Part shown: positions 47,605 through 56,776 of the stretch, piece by piece
Position numbering within the stretch: position 1 is the stretch's first letter
How the letters are laid out: every line of letters begins with the position of its first letter
Source: a virus
Taxonomy: Duplodnaviria; Heunggongvirae; Uroviricota; Caudoviricetes
Length of the DNA stretch: 64,000 nucleotides
Virus record (IMG/VR): IMGVR_UViG_3300048924_000203
Coordinates: 22,232 to 86,231 of that record
Direction: 5' to 3' (one strand)
Translations under genes and position numbers: made by a program
Notes under the pieces: model-generated
What the model saw: only the letters and a program-made list of their open reading frames with translations
What the model was told of the DNA's origin: nothing
The model's database searches: none

Positions 47605-47783
47605 TGGCCGAGATCGACCGCTCATACCCCGATCGCATCCGCGCGCACACCGAGCATGTGACGGTCACCCTGTACCGACCCGGCCAGCCCGACAGCCGCA
47701 TTGTCCTGGTGACCGACAAGGGGTACCACGTGGACGAGGTCATCGAGGCTGTGTTGGCCGTCCGTGACGAGGTGAACGGCTGA
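47604..47783 (+). CDS. hypothetical protein
   Basis: TGATG start. Confidence 0.4.
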   Translation: MAEIDRSYPDRIRAHTEHVTVTLYRPGQPDSRIVLVTDKGYHVDEVIEAVLAVRDEVNG

Positions 47784-47953
47784 TGCTCAGCGACTTCGAC
47801 CTGGCGCGGAAGCTGTGGTGGGCCGCGCACCAGATGAAGCGGCAGTACCGCGACGCCGGCTTCTGCATCGCCCGCCTCTTCTGCACTGAGCGGGGCATCG
47901 ACGCGGATGCCGCCGAGTACGACGTCGTGCACAGCGGATGGGAGCCGTCCTGA
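47783..47953 (+). CDS. hypothetical protein
   Basis: TGATG overlaps at both ends. Confidence 0.4.
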   Translation: MLSDFDLARKLWWAAHQMKRQYRDAGFCIARLFCTERGIDADAAEYDVVHSGWEPS

Positions 47954-50900
47954 TGTGGCCGAAGCCTGGTCAAGGGCTGGACCGCGTGCTGGCTGGTGAA
48001 GCTGCTGTTGAGGGCCTGTACCGGGAGGCGCTGACCCGCTGGTCGCCGGTCGCGATGGCCGCGGTGCTGCCGACGTTCGGCGCCGCCGTCACCGCGGATG
48101 CCGGCTACCCGCAGGACCCGCAGCTGCCCCCGGACCCTGCGGCTGTCGAGCAGGGCAACGGCTGGGTCACCGTCGCCGAGGTCGTGATCGTGGCGGGCGT
48201 GGCGGCGCTGTTCGCCGCCGCGGTGGTGGAGGCGATGGACGGTCTCGGCATCCCTCTGCCCGGCCTGCCGTCACTGAAACGCCAGGAACGTGCCGGAAAC
48301 CCGCAGGTCGCACCCCCCACGAGCAGCGTGACGGTCACCCGCGACCAGGCAAAACAGTCACACCGGGAAGACCCGAACGGTCCGTCTGCGGCCCGACCAG
48401 ACCCGACAACGCCCCCGCATGGTCCGAATCCCCAGGACGATACGACGAAACCGCTGGTCGCACCCGACCTGGATCCGGCAGTCCTGGCGATCGTCAACAC
48501 GGCGGCCGCCGACATGGACGCCGAACAGCTCCACGAGGCGATGCGCATCGTCGACGAAACCCCCGCCCTGGCGCAGGCCCGCGACCAAGTGGTCCAGGTC
48601 CAGCGCGACGCTGCCGCCCGCACGCCGAAGGTCGTCGCTGAGAAGGTCACCGCCGCGATCCGCGACACCGCTCCCGACGAGGCGGGCACGGTCACGATGG
48701 CCGCGCAACGCTCGGCCGCCGCCGACGTGCTGCAACCCGACAGCGACGCCATGGCCCAGATCGCGGCCACCGCCGGCCACCTCTCGGCCGCCGTGCAGAA
48801 CCACGCCTTGCAGGCCGCCGCCGAACTGTCCGAAGACGCGCCGGAACTCGAGAAATTCTGGGCCTGCACCCTCGACGGCCGGACCCGGGACACGCACTGG
48901 GCCGCCGACGGCGCCCGCGTCCCGCTGGCCGCGCCGTTCATCGTCGGCGGCGAACCACTCATGTTCCCCGCCGACCCGGCCGGCTCCCCGGCTGAGACGT
49001 ACGGCTGCCGCTGCCGCATGGGCATCCTCGCCCGCGACGAGTCCCTGCCGACCGAGGTGGACCGGCACACCGAACGCCTCGACGGCCACGACTCTGTCGC
49101 TGTGCACCGCGGGGGCCGCACCCAGGTAGAGGAAATTGAGGCCCGTGCAGCCCGAGGGAACACCCGGGCGCGCGACAACCGTGACGGAGTCGGGACCGTG
49201 GCATCAGCCGCGCCGGATGATCAGGAGTTGACGATGACCAGTGCCATTGCCGCTGAGGACCTGCCTGACGGCCTGACCATCCGGCCGTCCGCCGAGCTCG
49301 CCGCGACCGCCGAGCCGGCCATCCCTGTCGACGGCGCCACCGGGGAAACCGTCGACGGTGAGACGTTCCTGACGTTCACCGACGCACTGTTCGCCGTCAC
49401 CGGCATCCCCACCGACGACCGCCGAATGCTCCTCTCCACCATCGAGCTTGAGTTCCGGGACTTCCCGCTTCCGCTGCAGTGGAAGGAGAAGACCGGCGAC
49501 GGCCACACTGGCTCTGTCACCGTCGGCGTCATCGAGTCCGGCTCGCTGAACGACCAGGGCGAGATCCGCGGCTCCGGCTACATGCTGAACAACAGCAACG
49601 CGTACAAGGCCCTGGAGCTGATCCAGCACGGCGTGAACCGGCCGTCCATCGACATGGCCGACGCCACCGCCGTCCTCGCGTACGACGACGGCACCGAAGT
49701 CACCGAGGAAAACCTCGACCCCACCCAGCGGATCAGCGAGGCGTACACCCGCGGCACCGTGACCGCATGCACGATCGTCGCCATCCCCGCGTTCGGGCAG
49801 ACCCGACTCGCCCTGAACCCCGAACGCGAGTCGCGGGACGTGGCCATGACCGCAGCCGCCCTGACCGCTGCCGCCGCCTACCAGCAGCCGGTCTACGAAC
49901 CCGCCATGTTCGCCGCCGCCGACCCGAACCTGCTCGCGCCGATGCGCCTGTCGATCGACCCCGACACCGGGCACGTGTTCGGATTTATCGCCACCTGGAA
50001 GGACAAGCACCGCTCCGTTGGCCTCGGCCACATCAAGCCGCCCCGCTCGCACACGAACTACGAGCACTTCCACACCAGCCCGGGTGTGCACCTGTCGAAC
50101 GGCACCGTGCTGCCGGTCGGCAGGCTCACGGTCGGCATCGGCCACGCCCCGACCCGCGGCATCTCCTCGGCCGCCGCGCAGGCGCACTACGACAACGTCG
50201 AAGCGTGCTGGGCCATCGGCCGCATCAGCGAGCACCGGCTGGGCATCTACTTCTCCGGCGTCGTCGCACCCTGGGCCAGCCCCGAGAAGGTCCAGATGGG
50301 TCTCGCATCGCCCGTGTCCGGTGACTGGCGCCCGGTCGGACAGGGCAACGCCCTGGAGCTGGTCGCCGTCCTCAGCGTCAACACCCCGGGGTTCCTGTGC
50401 AAGACGGAAACCGACGCGTCGGGCGCCCCGCTGGCGATGGTCGCCTCCCTGACCGTCGCCGACGACGTGCCGGTCATGTCCTACTCGCTGGACGAGCTGA
50501 AAGCGGTGTTCGCGCAGGTGCTGGCCGAGGACCGTGCCGCAAGCAACGCTGACCGCGCGCAGCTGGTGAACAACGGCGTGCTGATGGCCCCGTCGGAGGC
50601 GTCTCTCCCTGGCCCGCAGGCCAGCGCCGACCCGGCCCCCGCCGCCGACGACACGGCCACGGACACCGACCTGGCCCCTGCCGCCGTCGACGCGACCGAC
50701 CGCATGGGCGAACTGATCGCACAGTTCAGCGGCATCGACGCACCGGCCACGCCGGCCACCCCGGCGGAAGCCGCGCCGGTCGAGCTGACCCCGACGGAAC
50801 GCATGGGCTCCCTGATCAGCGAGTTCAACGGCAAGGTCCGCGACGCCGCCTACTGGGGCAAGCCTGTCGGAACCCCGATCACCCCCGGCATGAAGCCGAA

Positions 50901-51366
50901 GGGCCGGAGCGACCACGACCTGAGCAAGGCATCACACAACCAACTGGTCCAGGGTCTGCACGATGCTGAGGTCCACGGTGACCGAGAGGGCGCAGCCGAG
51001 ATCCGCGCCGAAGCAGAGAAGCGGCCTGCGTCGAAGGGCCAGGTATCGAAGCTCGACGCTGACGGCAAGTTGCAGTACGACTACGGCACCGGCGCCAACG
51101 CCAAGTCCAATGAGCGCCGCGACCGCATTCTCATGGCGCGGTCCGCTCCGGAGCGGTTGTCCACGAAGGACCTCAAGACCGCCCGCACGCACATGCTGGC
51201 CGACCAGAAGCGCATGGCAGACCCCCGCTTCAAACTTCCTGGCGAGGACACGTCCGCGCAGGACAAGAAGCGAGCACAGGAACTGGCCGGTGTGGAGCGC
51301 GAGCTTGAGGCGCGCAAGAAGGCTCCCAGCAGCAAGTCGAGTGGCGGTAGCAGCCCAAAAGCCTGA
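47953..51366 (+). CDS. MuF-like minor capsid (head morphogenesis) protein, probably fused to a capsid maturation protease
   Basis: MuF motif CTLDGRTRDTHWAADG...YGCRCRMG; no separate protease gene between portal and capsid. Confidence 0.75.
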   Translation: MWPKPGQGLDRVLAGEAAVEGLYREALTRWSPVAMAAVLPTFGAAVTADAGYPQDPQLPPDPAAVEQGNGWVTVAEVVIVAGVAALFAAAVVEAMDGLGIPLPGLPSLKRQERAGNPQVAPPTSSVTVTRDQAKQSHREDPNGPSAARPDPTTPPHGPNPQDDTTKPLVAPDLDPAVLAIVNTAAADMDAEQLHEAMRIVDETPALAQARDQVVQVQRDAAARTPKVVAEKVTAAIRDTAPDEAGTVTMAAQRSAAADVLQPDSDAMAQIAATAGHLSAAVQNHALQAAAELSEDAPELEKFWACTLDGRTRDTHWAADGARVPLAAPFIVGGEPLMFPADPAGSPAETYGCRCRMGILARDESLPTEVDRHTERLDGHDSVAVHRGGRTQVEEIEARAARGNTRARDNRDGVGTVASAAPDDQELTMTSAIAAEDLPDGLTIRPSAELAATAEPAIPVDGATGETVDGETFLTFTDALFAVTGIPTDDRRMLLSTIELEFRDFPLPLQWKEKTGDGHTGSVTVGVIESGSLNDQGEIRGSGYMLNNSNAYKALELIQHGVNRPSIDMADATAVLAYDDGTEVTEENLDPTQRISEAYTRGTVTACTIVAIPAFGQTRLALNPERESRDVAMTAAALTAAAAYQQPVYEPAMFAAADPNLLAPMRLSIDPDTGHVFGFIATWKDKHRSVGLGHIKPPRSHTNYEHFHTSPGVHLSNGTVLPVGRLTVGIGHAPTRGISSAAAQAHYDNVEACWAIGRISEHRLGIYFSGVVAPWASPEKVQMGLASPVSGDWRPVGQGNALELVAVLSVNTPGFLCKTETDASGAPLAMVASLTVADDVPVMSYSLDELKAVFAQVLAEDRAASNADRAQLVNNGVLMAPSEASLPGPQASADPAPAADDTATDTDLAPAAVDATDRMGELIAQFSGIDAPATPATPAEAAPVELTPTERMGSLISEFNGKVRDAAYWGKPVGTPITPGMKPKGRSDHDLSKASHNQLVQGLHDAEVHGDREGAAEIRAEAEKRPASKGQVSKLDADGKLQYDYGTGANAKSNERRDRILMARSAPERLSTKDLKTARTHMLADQKRMADPRFKLPGEDTSAQDKKRAQELAGVERELEARKKAPSSKSSGGSSPKA

Positions 51367-51407
51367 CCGCCCGCGCGGCGGCACAACTCGCGCATGTCGA
51401 CCCGGCC

Positions 51408-52400
51408 GTGTTCGACATCTCCCGGATGCCGGCCAGCCTGAAGCAGTACTGGCTGGCGGGCGCCGGCGCAGCGAAAATCCGGTGGGGCGCCGGTGGCGAC
51501 TTCGACCGCTGCGTGACTGCGATCAACGCCGAGATCACCAAGCACGGCCGAAAGCCGTTGCCGGACCACGAGATCAAGGGCCTGTGCGCGAACCTGCACC
51601 GCGAAGCCACAGGCGCGACACCCGGTAACGCGCCGGGGGAGCGGCACCACTCCATCGATGATCCGACTGCGCGGATGGCCGAACTGATCGCCGAGTTCGC
51701 GCAGCGCTTCGTCCGGAACGCCGACTACTGGGGAAAGCCAGTCGGGACGCCGATCAAACCTGGCATGAAGCCGAAGCGCGGCAAGGGCCACGAGTATCGG
51801 CCTGCGAAGCACCGAGGCATCGAAGGCTGGGAGAACCCGCCGACCACGCCCGCTCGCGCCGACGACGCGCACGTGCTGGCGAACATCATCCACCAGCAGG
51901 GCTGGACCGGCCCGATGGACGAACTCGACGACGACGCGTTCGACCGGTTCGCCGCCGACTCCCCGGCCGTCGTCTACCGCGGGCTGACCGGCTTCCTCGA
52001 CCGGACCGGAGGCAAGCGGACACCGCGATCGGCGGAGGAGCTGCACCGCCAGTTCATCGACGAGGACGACCCGTTCATCGGCAGCGGCCACTACGGGTAC
52101 GGCTGGTACACCAGCGACAAGGTTGACCGGGCGAACGAGTACGCCGGCGAGTCGTCGACGGGCAAGGGGGACCGGTCGGCGGTCGGCCGCTCCGTCATGG
52201 AGATGGCGGTCCGCCCCGAAGCTCGAATCCTGGACCTCACCGGGCCCGACGTGAAGAACAGCGACCGACGCGACGACCTTGGGCAGTACGCGGCGCAGCT
52301 CGGCTACGACGGTGTGAAGCTCTCGGGAACGACGCCTCGCGAGTCGTACTATCTGCTGTTGAACCGCTCCGCGGTGGTGGTCAGGAGAATGCGTCAGTGA
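51408..52400 (+). CDS. ADP-ribosyltransferase-like (R-S-E type) domain protein
   Basis: VVYRG (Arg motif), GWYTSDK (STS-like motif); N-terminus repeats a module of the upstream gene. Confidence 0.5.
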   Translation: MFDISRMPASLKQYWLAGAGAAKIRWGAGGDFDRCVTAINAEITKHGRKPLPDHEIKGLCANLHREATGATPGNAPGERHHSIDDPTARMAELIAEFAQRFVRNADYWGKPVGTPIKPGMKPKRGKGHEYRPAKHRGIEGWENPPTTPARADDAHVLANIIHQQGWTGPMDELDDDAFDRFAADSPAVVYRGLTGFLDRTGGKRTPRSAEELHRQFIDEDDPFIGSGHYGYGWYTSDKVDRANEYAGESSTGKGDRSAVGRSVMEMAVRPEARILDLTGPDVKNSDRRDDLGQYAAQLGYDGVKLSGTTPRESYYLLLNRSAVVVRRMRQ

Positions 52401-52681
52401 TCAGTCCAGATGTGAGCCGGGCACTCGGCACGCTGACCGCTGCCGCCACGGATCACCGGTGGCGTGACCGCCCCGAGTTCGAAGGCCTCCGCGGATTCAT
52501 CTTCGACGCCGGCGAACTCGATCCGAGCTGGGACGACGACGACCCGAAAGTGCTCGCAGCGTTCGCCGACAACCCCGAGCGCGTCGATCAGATCCGCAAG
52601 CTGGCGCCGTACCTCGATGAGGCCGGTTGGCACGGCGACATGCCCGCCGCCGCGAAGGCGCTTGGTTTCGAGTACCCGTAG
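52397..52681 (+). CDS. hypothetical protein
   Basis: ORF track; GTGA start. Confidence 0.45.
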   Translation: MISPDVSRALGTLTAAATDHRWRDRPEFEGLRGFIFDAGELDPSWDDDDPKVLAAFADNPERVDQIRKLAPYLDEAGWHGDMPAAAKALGFEYP

Positions 52682-52711
52682 CTGCACGGGCGGCCCATAC
52701 CGTCCCGGGTC

Positions 52712-52891
52712 ATGGGATGCAGCTGCCGAGGTGCTGGTCGTGCCGGTGGAACCACCAGTAGTGGTGCGACGATCACCGGCTACCAGTACACGTCACCGAC
52801 CGGCCAGGTGAAGGTGTTCCTGAACATCAATGAGGCGAAGGCCGAGATGCGGAAGAACGTCGGCGGCGAGATCCGCCAACTCACGTCGTAG
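52712..52891 (+). CDS. hypothetical small protein (MGCSC N-terminus)
   Basis: 59-aa ORF, below the track cutoff. Confidence 0.3.
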   Translation: MGCSCRGAGRAGGTTSSGATITGYQYTSPTGQVKVFLNINEAKAEMRKNVGGEIRQLTS

Positions 52892-52957
52892 ATGACTCGC
52901 GTCCGGCGTTGTGTTGGCGCCGCTACTCGAAACCTACTGTAAAGCTCCGCGCCACCC

Positions 52958-52985
52958 TTGAAAGCCTCTGACCTGCGCCTATGGG
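52958..52985 (+). promoter_or_regulatory. candidate late promoter: TTGAAA, 16-nt spacer, TATGGG
   Basis: AT-richer 225-bp gap upstream of the capsid gene. Confidence 0.3.
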
Positions 52986-53114
52986 TCGCACTCTAAAACT
53001 ACTTGAAGCGTTTGCACCCCGCATTCCTAGCTTCTGCCGAGTAAGAGAGCTTCCGTCGAGAGCTATGTGCCGGGAAGCGATCTGACCGACGTACAGACCG
53101 CTAGGAGCACTCCC

Positions 53115-55235
53115 GTGAAGTTCACGATGCCCGACGACCTCTCCACCCTCACCGTCGCTGAGCTCGATGCCCTCGCCGCCGAAGCTCAGGCCGAGATCAA
53201 CGTCTACGTGGCCCAGCACGCGGCCAAGAAGACGTTCTCTCCCGAGGACGTGGCCGATTTCGAGTTCCTGTCCAACGCGCACAAGACGATCACCACGGCA
53301 TCCGCCGATCTGGTCGCTGCTGAGCAGGCCGACGCCGCCAAGCTGGCCGACCTGATCGAGCAGAACACGCCGAAGCCTGCCGCCCCGGCAGAGCCCGAGG
53401 CTCCGGCAGCCCCCGAGGCAGCGGCCGGTGAAGACACCGGTGGTGACGCGACCATCGCCAATGGCGCGATCGTCGACACCGCGCCGGCTCCTGCCGCCCC
53501 CGCGGCACCGGCTCCCGCAGCAGCACCCGCAGCCGTCCCGGCACCGGCCGAACCCGCACCAGCGCCGGTCGAGCAGCCGGTAGCAGTCGCCGCCGCAGCT
53601 ACCGCGCCGGTGAACTTCGCCGCCGCGACCACCAGCACCCCGGTGCCCACCCCCACGGACAGCAAGCCTGGCCGTAAGTGGAACCTGCTGCCGTCCGCCG
53701 CGAACTTCGCCGAGCACGAAGGCAAGGGCGTCAGCCTCCGCGAGATCGCCATGGGCATCTCCGAGATCGACCTCGGTAGCGGTCACGGCGTCCGGCAGAC
53801 CGGCACCTTCAACGGCATGGCGAAGCAGGCCATCGCCACCATCGCCCGCCCGCAGGTCACCATGGAGGCGACCAGCGAACAGCAGGTCTACGACTTCCTG
53901 CAGACGCTCGGCAAGGAGATCCCCGGCCACGGCGACGCCACGGCCAATGGTCTCGTCGCTGCAGGTGGTTGGTGCGCCCCGTCGCAGCAGCTGTACGACT
54001 TCTGCGACGTCCCCCCGGCTTCGGGCCTGATCTCGCTGCCGGACTTCCCGTTCGACATGTCCCGCGGCGGCGTCCGCGTCCCCGTCAACCCGGACATCTC
54101 GGCCCTGCTGTCCAAGCTGTGGCACTACACCGAGACCGAGCTGGAGGCCACCAACGGCCAGGGCGACCCGACCGCGGTCAAGCCGATCATCGAACTGCCT
54201 TGCCCGGACGAGTTCATCGAGTGGCGGCTGGAAGCGATCGGCTGGGCCGCGAAGGCCGGCATCCTGCAGAAGTCGGCATGGCCCGAAGCCATCGAGAACG
54301 CGCTGCAGCAGATTCAGGTCGCTCACCAGCACCGTGTCTCGCAGCTGTCGATCGGCAAGATGGTCGCCGGCTCCGGCCCAGTGAAGGTCGTCCCGACCGA
54401 CGCCGTACTCGGCGCCACGTCCGGCGCGCTGAACGCTCTGGACATCAACGCCGTCAACCTGCGCATCGACAAGGGCCTCGCCATCGACGCCACCATCGAA
54501 GGCACCGCCCCGATCTTCTTCCGGAACGTGCTGCGCGCCGACCTCGCACTCCGCGAGGACAAGGAGTTCCTGGAAGTCACCGACGCCGATATCGACCGCT
54601 GGTTCGCGGTCCGGAACATCTACCTGCAGTACGTGGTGGATTGGCAGAAGGGTGGCAGCGGCCAGCCCGGCGATCTGAATGCGCAGCGGTGGCCTGGCCA
54701 CGCGGACGTGATGCTGTACCCGGCCGGCACCTGGTTCCGCCAGCTGGCCAACGTCATCACGCTGGGTGTGCAGTACCCGCTGGAGCTGCTGCAGCTGAAC
54801 CAGTACACGCACATCTTCACCGAGGACTCGTTCCAGGTGGGTCGTCGCTGCAACGAGTCGATCAACGTGCGGCTGCCGTTGTGCGTGAACGGCGCGGTCG
54901 GTGCTCGCGAGCGCATCGAGTGCTCCGGCGTCTACAACGAGACGGTGACCAAGACGGTCACCATCGGTGGCACGGTCCTGCCGACCGGCGGCCTGTTCCC
55001 GGTGTCGTTCTCCAACGGCGGCACCGCGAACATCGCGTGGAACTCGACCAACACGCAGGCCAAGACCGCGCTCGGCGCGATCGACGACGGCCACCCGGCC
55101 AGCGAGTTCACCGTCGCTGGCGGCCCGCTGCCGGGCGCTGCGCTGGCGATCACCTACCCGGCCGAGCTGGGTGACCTGTCGGCCACTGAGGTCGGTCTGA
55201 CCGGTGGTACCGGCACCACGGTCACCGTCGCCTGA
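53115..55235 (+). CDS. major capsid protein (HK97 fold) with N-terminal scaffolding domain and Pro/Ala-rich linker
   Basis: GTG after AGGAGC; coiled-coil N-terminus; GGWCAPS motif; C-terminal Ig-like tail. Confidence 0.8.
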   Translation: MKFTMPDDLSTLTVAELDALAAEAQAEINVYVAQHAAKKTFSPEDVADFEFLSNAHKTITTASADLVAAEQADAAKLADLIEQNTPKPAAPAEPEAPAAPEAAAGEDTGGDATIANGAIVDTAPAPAAPAAPAPAAAPAAVPAPAEPAPAPVEQPVAVAAAATAPVNFAAATTSTPVPTPTDSKPGRKWNLLPSAANFAEHEGKGVSLREIAMGISEIDLGSGHGVRQTGTFNGMAKQAIATIARPQVTMEATSEQQVYDFLQTLGKEIPGHGDATANGLVAAGGWCAPSQQLYDFCDVPPASGLISLPDFPFDMSRGGVRVPVNPDISALLSKLWHYTETELEATNGQGDPTAVKPIIELPCPDEFIEWRLEAIGWAAKAGILQKSAWPEAIENALQQIQVAHQHRVSQLSIGKMVAGSGPVKVVPTDAVLGATSGALNALDINAVNLRIDKGLAIDATIEGTAPIFFRNVLRADLALREDKEFLEVTDADIDRWFAVRNIYLQYVVDWQKGGSGQPGDLNAQRWPGHADVMLYPAGTWFRQLANVITLGVQYPLELLQLNQYTHIFTEDSFQVGRRCNESINVRLPLCVNGAVGARERIECSGVYNETVTKTVTIGGTVLPTGGLFPVSFSNGGTANIAWNSTNTQAKTALGAIDDGHPASEFTVAGGPLPGAALAITYPAELGDLSATEVGLTGGTGTTVTVA

Positions 55236-55327
55236 CCGGTGATCCGTCGATAGGACTGGTGGGTCGGGTGTGAGCAACCAAGGCCGTTCACGCCCGACCC
55301 ACCTCCACACCACCGGGAGGCCAAACG

Positions 55328-56107
55328 ATGACCGTAGAGACCGCACCAGCACCGTTTTACTTCGATGCACCGCTGGTCAACCCATCGCCGAACGGCCTCT
55401 ACGGCGCCACGGACTGGGCTGACGAGGGGGAGCCGCACCGGTGGCTCACCGCAGGCGTGCAGATCCGTCCGCACAACTACGGCGGCGAGACAGGGTTCGG
55501 CGTGTGGACCGGCACCTGGTGCGCGCCGCCGATCGACCCGGACGAGAAGAAGGACGGCGAGCGTCCGGACATGGACCCGCCGCCGTTCGATCCGATCGTC
55601 GTGTGGGCTGCCGACAAGTGTGACTTGACTCGTGGGTCGCAGACCGAGGTCGTCACACGCGCACAGCAGAATCTGCGGCTGCAGGAGCAGAACGCAGTGG
55701 AGATGGATCTTGCGGTGCGTGCCCTGGCCGACGCGGGCGCACCCACCGCGGTCGCTGACATCACGGCAGCGGTGTCGAAACTCGAAGAGCTGCTGGCGGA
55801 TACGAACACCGTCGGTCAGATTCACGCGGCGGCGGGCTGGGCGGCGTATGCCGCGCAGGCCCAGCTGATCTTCCGTTCCGGATCGACGCTGAAGACCCCG
55901 TTGGGTCACACGTGGGTGTTCGGCGGCGGCTACAAGGCCGGCCTGGGCGCGAAGCTGGTTGCCACGAGCCCGACGTACGGCTGGCGTGGCGAGGCCAAGA
56001 CACGCACGGCGATCCGGCAGGAGTGGAACCGCTTCGTGGCCATTGCCGAACGCCCGGTTGCTGTCGGCTATGAGAAGGCCGTCGGCGCAGTCACCATCAC
56101 CCCGTAG
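55328..56107 (+). CDS. hypothetical capsid-associated protein
   Basis: ORF track; ribosome binding site GGAGG. Confidence 0.55.
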   Translation: MTVETAPAPFYFDAPLVNPSPNGLYGATDWADEGEPHRWLTAGVQIRPHNYGGETGFGVWTGTWCAPPIDPDEKKDGERPDMDPPPFDPIVVWAADKCDLTRGSQTEVVTRAQQNLRLQEQNAVEMDLAVRALADAGAPTAVADITAAVSKLEELLADTNTVGQIHAAAGWAAYAAQAQLIFRSGSTLKTPLGHTWVFGGGYKAGLGAKLVATSPTYGWRGEAKTRTAIRQEWNRFVAIAERPVAVGYEKAVGAVTITP

Positions 56108-56121
56108 AGGAGCAACAGACC

Positions 56122-56724
56122 ATGCCTGAAGGCATTTCCGTCATCATCGACGACGAGGGCTACGCCAACATCACCTTCGAGAACCGGGCACTCCGCGGCC
56201 CGGCCCTCGACCGGCTGATCGAGATCGGCGGGCCCGGCACTGTGGACAAGAGCACCGAGCACGGATACCCCGTGTACCGGGTGCCGGAAGGCAACGCCCG
56301 CGCCGCCGGCCTGCTCGCCACTGCCGGTGTCGCTGACGATCTCCCCACAGCCACGTTGCTGCCAGATGAGAAAGGCGTTCACACGATCCTGAGTCCTCTG
56401 CCGCCCGAACCTGGCACCGTGCTGACCCCGGCGCAGACCGAGCACGTTGAGCGGCTGACCGAACTGCTGGATAACGGCGGCACTTCGCAGACCGAGGAAG
56501 AGAAGGCCGCTGCCGACGGCACCCAGCCCGCACCGGCCGAAGCCCCCGAGACGCCCGCTGCCCCCGAGGTACCGGGCGCTCCTGCCGAGAAGAAGTACCC
56601 GGAAGGCGAGCCCACCACTGAGTGGAAGCTGCTGCAGCTCAAGGCGTACGCCGCCGACCACGGCAAGGACGCAGAGGAACTGCGCACCAAGGCTGAGGTG
56701 CTGGAGCTGATCAACAGCAAGTAG
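56122..56724 (+). CDS. hypothetical protein with Rho-N/SAP-like C-terminus
   Basis: Ribosome binding site GAGGAG; C-terminal WKLLQLKAYAADHG. Confidence 0.55.
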   Translation: MPEGISVIIDDEGYANITFENRALRGPALDRLIEIGGPGTVDKSTEHGYPVYRVPEGNARAAGLLATAGVADDLPTATLLPDEKGVHTILSPLPPEPGTVLTPAQTEHVERLTELLDNGGTSQTEEEKAAADGTQPAPAEAPETPAAPEVPGAPAEKKYPEGEPTTEWKLLQLKAYAADHGKDAEELRTKAEVLELINSK

Positions 56725-56738
56725 GCCCGAGCACACGA

Positions 56739-56769
56739 CAGCCCAGCAGCCGGGGAAGCTGCTGGGCTG
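56739..56769. terminator. bidirectional terminator hairpin CAGCCCAGCAGC-cgggga-GCTGCTGGGCTG
   Basis: Perfect 12-bp stem between convergent genes. Confidence 0.6.
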
Positions 56770-56776
56770 TCGTGCG

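Noticed and set aside
47938-47952. ATG at 47938 as the MuF start
   Set aside because: It lies inside the upstream small ORF; the ATG at 47953 overlaps that ORF's stop as TGATG.
52923-55370. 815-aa reverse-strand ORF antisense to the capsid gene
   Set aside because: Low-complexity Arg/Gly translation typical of the antisense strand in GC-rich DNA.
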